A DNA stretch of 64,000 nucleotides from a virus: positions 1-64,000 of the IMG/VR virus record IMGVR_UViG_3300013132_005564, one strand, 5' to 3'. A program made the translations under genes and the position numbers. This document shows positions 56,401-63,300 of this stretch, one piece after another (position 1 is the stretch's first letter; every line of letters begins with the position of its first letter). Below the pieces are notes generated by a model. That model made no database searches. It saw nothing but the letters and a program-made list of their open reading frames with translations, and was not told where the DNA came from.

Positions 56401-58929
56401 AGCAGGGCGGGCCTAAATGGCGAAATGACCATGTTGGAGGCGTTCGCGCAGGTTTTTGGTTTGGACAAGGGGGACGCCGAGTCGCTGAAGCGCACCAAGC
56501 TATTCCTCGCCCCAGGCGTGTCGCCAGGGACGTCCATGGAAACGTTCCGTCAGGCGGCGCTCCTGTTCCTGATGACGAAACTCACCGGCGACGACATACC
56601 GAAAGGCGAGAGGCCCAACATCATGTTCCTCGACGTCGTAGACATCCCGGAAGGCTCGGACCTCATCGAGTCCTACCTGAGGCACGTAGGACGGGAGGAA
56701 GTCGCCGCGGCGTACGTCGCCGGGGGCAGGGATCCAAATTTCCTTGAAATAGACAGCACAAATGGGGACAATGCAAGGCAGGCGGCGAACCTAACGGCTC
56801 AACAGATCGCCCCGCCGCACTTGGCGGCTGCGACGAAAAAGCGCGACCGGTGGTCCAGGCACAGAACCCTCAACCACATCTTCGGCAGGGGCGAGAACGA
56901 TGATGACGCGCTGGTACCGGGCCTCTCCGAGACCGACAAGCCTCGGGTCGGAAAATTCATCTACGTGTTCCAGAACCCCAGTCGTTTCTCCACCGACGGC
57001 TACTCATACGCCAGGAACAACGATCAAAGCTCGACCGTCAACAGGATCGCAACAAAGGTGAACAAGGCAATACTGACCGACGATCCAAACGACTGGTTCG
57101 AGGCATTCGATGAGGTGGTCAGCGCCTACACGGCGACCCTCAGAAAGAGAGACGCCGCGCTGAGTGCGTGGAGGGGGGCCGCCGGGAGCGACACGAGGAG
57201 CAACAGGCCACGCAGAGAATTCGTGCTCATGGGCGAGATGGCGGAATCGCTCGAGACCATCCTCGCCGAGGTCTTCAGTCCGAACATGCACAAGGTGGAG
57301 AATGCTCTCCGCCTGAAGAAGTCGACAAGCGCCAAATACCAAAACTACATGGGCAACCTCAGGCGCACGAGCAGGACGGACAATCTGCGAAACGTGACAA
57401 TGCTCGATGACAGCGAGCTCGCGCCGCCAACCAACGCCGACGGGTCGCCCGCGGCCAGCAGGGGCCCGGGTGACATCATCGGAATGGTTGAAGCGCACCA
57501 GGCACTCGGTTTCGTCCCGCACGTGCCGATGGACGTCACGCCGACCAGCGACTACGCGCTGGTGGAGCTGAGCGACCGATCAATAGAGACATTGGCGGTC
57601 GCCCACGTCGCAATGGATACGTTGCTCGACCCCGAAACGGGCCAGCCGGTTTTCGAAGTCTACACCGACGTAGGTGGTCGCGTAAGCCGCGAGGATAGCG
57701 GTAGGAGGCGTTTCGCCCTGCACAACGCCCTGTACCATCTCGCCGGCTGGAAGGGTCGTCCGTTGTTGGTCACGGAGGACGAGTTTCAGAAGATTGTCGG
57801 ATCCAGTCAGGTGCCGAACCAGACGGAAAACGTGGATCGCCAGAGGCACGTCCCGGTCGGCTACCTCATAAGGAGGGGCATCTCGCAAGCGAAGTCCGGG
57901 AAGAGCACCCACCAGATGGCGCGCGAGCTCATATCTGGCACGCTCTACATTCCCCTTGAGGGTGGTGACGCGGGCGGGAAGGGCCTCAATTTTGCCAGAC
58001 CCAACCAGGGGATGACCAGTTTCGGGGGCACCGACCCGATGGGGGACATAATCCTTGCGGCCATACCCTCCACCGCCAGGGTCGCGTCAAGAACGCAAAT
58101 GGGGAGACTCCAAGATCAGTTGATGGACATGTACATGCATTTCTTCGACAACATCTCGCACTACTCGGGCATCGAAAAGACCATGCCGATAGACCTCGAC
58201 GCGGACAACGACCCCGACTGGAGCCACGACAACCGGGTCAACCCGTACTGGAGAAGCAACAGGGAAAACGCCGCCGCCGCCTACTACGTTCCGTGGGGAG
58301 GTATCGCGTCGCCGGGCAGATCGGGTGTAGCCCCCGTGAACAATGTAGGAGCAGTCGACGCATCGGATCCCGAGGCGCTCAGGGATCTCGCAAGAATGGT
58401 CATGGCCGCCGCCGCGCAGGGAACCTACGGAGAAGCCGAACGGGTGGAGGGGGATCCGCTGGGTGGGGGCGAGTGGTGGAACATGACAAGGGCCCAGGTG
58501 TTCGGATGGATGGTCCAAATGGAGATCCTCAAGTCAATGGAGATCGCGGCACTCAAGGCGGCCGGAAAGGTCCCGTGGAACGAGAAGATAGCCAACCTCG
58601 TGAGAGCCCAGGAAATCCTGTCGTTCCGGGGGGACGAGCTCATCCAAGGCATAATTTTCGGAATCGACGCCTACGGAGCAGACATAGACACGCCGACGAC
58701 CAACAACGCAGTTCTCCTGCGGGGCGGCAACCTCGGCAACCACTTGATGATCCTGAACCGAACCGCGATCGTCTTCATGGAACAACCCGTCACGCAAACG
58801 GGCGAACAGGAAGTGGTAGACGGCATCCGAAATCCTCTCGCGCGCGATCCAAAAGACCCGAGCAGGGTCTGGAACCCCTGGACAAATCAGTTCATAAAAG
58901 ACCCCGATTACAATGGGGGTGATAAATGA
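53446..58929 (+). CDS. 1827-aa protein with the DPTP anchor and a C-terminal ART-like domain
   Basis: Anchor at 54145-54246; AAM 54433 and AGM 54619; C-terminal GWKGRPLLVTEDEF, LIRRGI, GGKGLNFA, GIDAY, LMILNRTA. Confidence 0.8.
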   Translation: MESDSTFSKVVDSETGTTFAVLVASSDGITAHGSMKQGVEWATWVNRGEKSMARIVRSLDPSLEITKFVPLNEENILLKSSSFGTTTAKELRVHLERKSLGEDLTKAADPTNPPQKTNPEGVDEHQPEPEYESLSSWMMSDVAVSEFDVQIKQTAVHFKAMQFMRNRRFSSFLLSVKQTNASLVNGSWATRPSLAPAMGDVLNSYDRKTKLHASESLGLSGYFNKALPIGMRQLPPPHLVRNADNDAYIYEGIPWINRGRGILDPTPGNAASAIRSGVRAFGGRMTDIVDRTNRISRLTRNDAERMRRLDLVPASNDIASLLPQGEETRAAMGRMRRRLASLADSVAPSERTRGDGEEVLTRRQARRNEEALARAGINPSATSSPDEETASAGMRKVTGDDPQVPEVVNLSERRNAQPDTELTGLEETESGRVERGAKPRSDGNGMLKNLLSRLSRGSKRINSADSPNPPELDESDDLPDYDGPQVVKVSDDPWQMDPATRDMLLAALKDAVPAGTYATFSSRFGEDDLDWPNFSPSEQSSLLRELGYRRDELLDIVTELMTPEFSADKDYRSDGVVTPESVIEAIRNDFVSLRSGGVNLYADVMALVAINDILSSKDHETEARASAWRMIDNRNRSVVSRRADIQRRDVREASSSRISGPVGERTVISQTGGRGSDSSVRRVALSKLNPRVLVLATVPVAPGRLLSDYSDEERAALLSSATQMRASIAEHLARKMGLPSDTELSEDVIANWMANNSDTDGSKIGVFAHNLIVLDDLAIAVNSGKPGNDEWNALTMPARDKIISNANVGSRPEVAKTNQSQRRRGRPTKSPAPPLPPTPPNQTPPQTPAGRTRPQIGMTPPKNRIADWQDPTQPVPETVDASTQMVTIAGEDGAEKQVLLSSLGRPNQYDFSNTVSVKGISYVMENQTGLYRDPVTGLFLDDYSGIPITLGKTVPRPRELEQVNQKRGAPTVSYPSIQLSEKNSQSRAGLNGEMTMLEAFAQVFGLDKGDAESLKRTKLFLAPGVSPGTSMETFRQAALLFLMTKLTGDDIPKGERPNIMFLDVVDIPEGSDLIESYLRHVGREEVAAAYVAGGRDPNFLEIDSTNGDNARQAANLTAQQIAPPHLAAATKKRDRWSRHRTLNHIFGRGENDDDALVPGLSETDKPRVGKFIYVFQNPSRFSTDGYSYARNNDQSSTVNRIATKVNKAILTDDPNDWFEAFDEVVSAYTATLRKRDAALSAWRGAAGSDTRSNRPRREFVLMGEMAESLETILAEVFSPNMHKVENALRLKKSTSAKYQNYMGNLRRTSRTDNLRNVTMLDDSELAPPTNADGSPAASRGPGDIIGMVEAHQALGFVPHVPMDVTPTSDYALVELSDRSIETLAVAHVAMDTLLDPETGQPVFEVYTDVGGRVSREDSGRRRFALHNALYHLAGWKGRPLLVTEDEFQKIVGSSQVPNQTENVDRQRHVPVGYLIRRGISQAKSGKSTHQMARELISGTLYIPLEGGDAGGKGLNFARPNQGMTSFGGTDPMGDIILAAIPSTARVASRTQMGRLQDQLMDMYMHFFDNISHYSGIEKTMPIDLDADNDPDWSHDNRVNPYWRSNRENAAAAYYVPWGGIASPGRSGVAPVNNVGAVDASDPEALRDLARMVMAAAAQGTYGEAERVEGDPLGGGEWWNMTRAQVFGWMVQMEILKSMEIAALKAAGKVPWNEKIANLVRAQEILSFRGDELIQGIIFGIDAYGADIDTPTTNNAVLLRGGNLGNHLMILNRTAIVFMEQPVTQTGEQEVVDGIRNPLARDPKDPSRVWNPWTNQFIKDPDYNGGDK

Positions 58930-59345
58930 TGTCGGACTCGGTCAATCAACTCACCCCGCTTGAGGTATCCGAGTACGTGGACGAGTACTCGGCGGTTGCC
59001 GAGATAGCAAAGTACCCGCCGTTCAGTCTGCCTCGGTCACCGAGGGAGTCCGAATTCCTGCTCGACTTATCCCGCGAGTTCGACGCGTTCGTCAACGGCG
59101 ACAAACCGTACGACTCCTACCAGTCCGTCCTTGACGAGTACGAGCCGGAGTTGGTGAGGGCGAGGGCGTGGAAGTCTTTGGGTTACGATCCGGTGCGCGC
59201 AACACGGGAGGCGATCAAGAAGGAGCTGGAGGAAACCGGGCTGGACCCGAAACACATGCCATACCGGACAGACAACGTGTTCGACTCCCAAGCAAAGGTT
59301 TTCGTAATTTTCGCAGAAAAAATCGTTCCCTGGGAGTTCCTGTGA
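58926..59345 (+). CDS. Small acidic protein coupled to the 1827-aa gene
   Basis: ATGA overlap; 139 aa, rich in E/D/Y/F. Confidence 0.7.
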   Translation: MMSDSVNQLTPLEVSEYVDEYSAVAEIAKYPPFSLPRSPRESEFLLDLSREFDAFVNGDKPYDSYQSVLDEYEPELVRARAWKSLGYDPVRATREAIKKELEETGLDPKHMPYRTDNVFDSQAKVFVIFAEKIVPWEFL

Positions 59346-60265
59346 AGGAGGAGGCCGGCAAGCAGGACGCGCTCAAGATAGCCAGGTACATGGGTTGCCG
59401 TGGCGCGCATCAGAACGACAAGGGCGAGTGGTTGCCGTGCGCTGACCCGGAGACGCTTGCGCGCCTTTCTTCGGCGGCGGAGGAGGACGAATGGCTGAAT
59501 CGTTACGAGAAGGACGTGTACACGGGCAACTCGTCCGCTGGCGGGCCGGCGACGAACGTCGACATGAACGGCAGGAAGAAGAGGGGGGTCAGACCGTTTG
59601 ACGTAGAGCCACCGGCGTTCGGCGAGAACAAGTCGGCGAACAACTACACCAAGCCAAAACTGAGAGAGGGCATAAAGAAGCGGATCATGGCCGGCTCGCA
59701 AGGCGGCAAGCCCGGGCAGTGGTCGGCGAGGAAAGCGCAGCTCGTGGCGCAGGAGTACAAGAAACGCGGCGGCGGCTACAGGGGGAAGAAGAGCAAGAAG
59801 CAACGCTCGCTCTCCAAGTGGACCAAGGAAAAGTGGACGACATCGGACGGTAAGCCGGCGATCCGCCAGGGTGGCACGAGGCGCTACCTTCCCGCCAAGG
59901 CCTGGTCCAAGCTGACCCCGTCCCAACGAGCAGCCACGAACAAAAAGAAGCGCGAGGGAAGCAAGAGGGGCAGGCAGTTCGTCGACAACACGCAGGCGGC
60001 GGCGAGGGCGAGAAAGACCTCCACAAAAGGACACACGCCGGTCATCGTTTACAAGTCGCTCGTCATGCAACGATTCGTCGAATCGGAGGGCAGGGGCCCA
60101 GGTCCGAGGAGGAAGAAGAGGGGCAAGCGTTGGGAAAAGCTCGCCGAACGAGGCCCGAGACAGATCGTTTCCACTCCCAATCTCGGTTTGACCTCAAAGA
60201 ACCTAAACGATGTTTCTCTTGAAATAAAACAACTGTTGACGGTTTCCAGGTTTTTGAAGCAGTAA
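59342..60265 (+). CDS. Basic protein with a GC.G.H..W.PC motif and a DUF5872-like domain
   Basis: GTGA overlap start; NYTKPKLRE.IK..IMAG..GGKPGQWSARKAQL...Y...GGGY, LSKWTKEKW.T, RYLP.KAW. Confidence 0.75.
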   Translation: MKEEAGKQDALKIARYMGCRGAHQNDKGEWLPCADPETLARLSSAAEEDEWLNRYEKDVYTGNSSAGGPATNVDMNGRKKRGVRPFDVEPPAFGENKSANNYTKPKLREGIKKRIMAGSQGGKPGQWSARKAQLVAQEYKKRGGGYRGKKSKKQRSLSKWTKEKWTTSDGKPAIRQGGTRRYLPAKAWSKLTPSQRAATNKKKREGSKRGRQFVDNTQAAARARKTSTKGHTPVIVYKSLVMQRFVESEGRGPGPRRKKRGKRWEKLAERGPRQIVSTPNLGLTSKNLNDVSLEIKQLLTVSRFLKQ

Positions 60266-60340
60266 CATCAGCCCATCCGGGTTTGAAGTATTCTTGTCGG
60301 TACTATAAGCGCGTTTCGGCGACGACCAGAACGGAAGACG

Positions 60341-63300
60341 ATGGACGAATCAATTCAGCCTGGGGATTGCTGTCCGTTGTCTGACGATGACATAGAAACA
60401 AAGGACGTCTCGTTCGGTCCGCGAATGGTGAGGCCGGACAGTTTTGATGCATACGTTGACAAGGAATCAGCCAGGGCCAGGGCGAGGATGCTCGGTTGCA
60501 TCGGCATCAGGCAATACGGTTCAACCAATGGCGGGACGGTGTGGATGCCGTGCAGCAACGAGTCCGACTACAGACGGGTGACGGGCACCAACTTCTCGGG
60601 TCGCAGGCAGAGGCGAAGAATGCTGAAGGCCGAGCTGGGAGAAGGCATCTCGAAGAAGGCGCTCGGTGCGACCATAGGCATGGTTGGCGGAAGAGTCAAC
60701 ACGAACCCGGCAACGGCCATAGACGCCGACCTTGACGGATTGGTTCTGGAGGGTCTGCCATTCATCAATCTCGGTAGGGGCGTGCCGGACCCGACGCCTG
60801 GCGGCACAAACGAGCTGTTGCCGAACGCAGACAACAGGAATTTCGCCATGGCGGCAATGTCGAATCGCAGGGGGCCGAGGATCTCGCCCCCCGGCGAAAT
60901 TGAGCTTTCCAGGGATGGCGACGACTCCGCTTCGCCCGCGACGAGGATGCCCAGCCAGAGGGCAACGCGCTCCAGAAAGAGGGAGACGACTTTCGCCGAT
61001 GTGGACACAGACAGGTTTGACGAACTGATAGCGAGGATTGCGGACGACGTTGCGAGTTCAGAGGTGGCCGCGGATGTCTCCTCGGACGAAGCTGTCGGCA
61101 AGTTGCTTGACGACGTCAGGGGCATCGCATCTTCGGTGGCGGAGGTTGTTGACGGGCACATTGACTCCCGTCCCCGAAGGAGCACGTCGACAAGGGACGC
61201 GGCCGAGGAGACCTCAACGCGAATCACGGCGAAGGCCATTGGGACCGTGATGGAGATCTCCAACAACCCGACGCAGTCGCTATCGGAAAACGAGAATCTC
61301 ACGAGGCTCGTGACCTCATCCATAATCGAGCGTGGCGCCGCGGAAGTGGCGTCGTTGACCGGGAAACCTGGGATATGGGCATTCCTGGTGCAGGCGATGA
61401 TCGGCGGCGCCTACGCCACCCAGAGGGCCTGGGAGTTGCTTGCCAGAATTTTCGGCGTGGAGAACAACACCGGTTGGGTTCCAGAACCGACAGGCAGGTT
61501 CGCCGAGGCGCTCGCCCCCAGCCTCGCAAACGAGCGGAAGAAAGCCGCCAGAAGTCGAGCCCTTGACTCCTCCGGGAGGGCCATTGACGCACTGCGCCAG
61601 GCTGGATTCGCGATATCGGACGCATCCGAGGTTCCGGCGATAGCGGACGACATGGCCTCGGCGCTGGATTCCCCGGAGCTGATTGAGTTGCCGGGCGACA
61701 AGAAACCCGGGCCGGCGCCGACGCTTGACGCTCTCGACGAAATAATCCAGAGGATCAACGCGACGACCGGCAAGACCAGGCCGCGGGGCGCGCGCAAGCC
61801 CTCGTACTCCAAGTACAGGGGGACGAGCGAGGAAATACTTCGAAACAGGATGGACATAGCGGGCGTGCCGAGCGGCATAGACGATGTGTACCGCACCAAC
61901 TCGGTTGACGTCCCGACGGACAACGAGCGACTGGCAGCCAAGCTGATCTCTACGCCGGGACGAAATGGCCAAGGCGCGCTCAACGCGGAACTTCTCTACA
62001 GGGCGCTCTCGGACAGATCGGCCCTCAGGTCGTACGTGTCGCCCGTTGATTCACCCTTCGTGGCGCAACTCGCGACGCTGATAGAGGAGGGGAGGCTGCC
62101 ACGTCTCGCCGACGCCCTGCTGGAAATGTCGCCGCAGACGGTGGAAAATTTCCTGGCCGTTCCGCCGCGACCAATCATCTCTGCGGCGAGGGCCGCGCGC
62201 AAGACTCTTCGCCCGTCCGGGTCGTGGATGGCGAGAATATCCAACGACCCCTTTGAGACCGCCTTCCACATGTTGAGGGCCAAGGACTACCACCTTTCTT
62301 CCATATTCTCCGGCGCCGACAGCGGAAAGCTCACGGATGCCGTAGACGAGCTGGTCGGCAACAACGTATCCGAGACGGCAGCGATATTCGGGTCCTTGGT
62401 CGCCTTGAACAAGGAAAGGCTCGCGGAGGCGTACGACGGATCGCAGAGCGTCGCCCAAGGCGGCAACCGCCTGCTCAGGACCGCGAGGAACCTGATCGCG
62501 TCGGCCACCGAGAACGACAGCGTGTGGGCGGCGACCCGGGACTCAATCTCCGACGTCACTGCGGCGATGCTCGGCGGGGACTCCGCCGATGCGGCGATGT
62601 CCCGGCAGGTGGTCAGGTTCGGGAGCAACTACCCGAGGCACAGGAGGAAGACGGGGGACTGGTCGCCGATCGCCAACAAGATAAGAGACGGGGTCAAGGC
62701 CTACAGGGCAAGGTACGGTCCGATTGCGTCAAACTCCGCGGATCTCAGTCGCTTCGTGAATTTTTCCTACCCCGAGCTCTTGAGCGAGGCCTCCGAACTG
62801 ATCGATTTGATGAAGGAGAAGGTCGAGTTCGGGTCCCTAAAGTTCGAGGACTACGCGCGCAACGGGTGGATAAACCGGGACACGGCGGAGCTCGACGTTG
62901 ACGAGTTTGACCCGACGAACCTGGAGACGATCTTCGACAAGGGTTCGCAGATGGGTCTCTTCAAGTCGATCGGCGTGGTCCTCGTGGCTGCGTCAAGGGT
63001 GGCCCCGTCGCGCGACGAGAGGGAGGCCGTCCTCGACCTGATGGATGAGGTCAACGAATGGACGTTCACCGCCCTGCCCCTCTACTCGGAGCCGCGGTCG
63101 GTGACCGACAGGCGCCGCGGGATATTCCCGTCGTCCGCATCGGCCGACGCAGGAATGACCGTCAACAGGCCCGTGCCCGACGACGTCCGGCAAACACTGA
63201 TGTCCCTCACTCGCCCGTACGACTCAGGACAGACGCAGGGTCTGCCGACGATCAGGATGCAGAGGAAGCTCGTCGAGAAGGCCAATGAGCTCATGAGGAA

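Noticed and set aside
13644-58929. Inteins or stop-codon reassignment explaining the giant ORFs
   Set aside because: I saw no intein splice motifs (C-x...HN-C/S/T) or LAGLIDADG blocks; the ORFs are open in the standard code, and TAA, TAG and TGA all end genes
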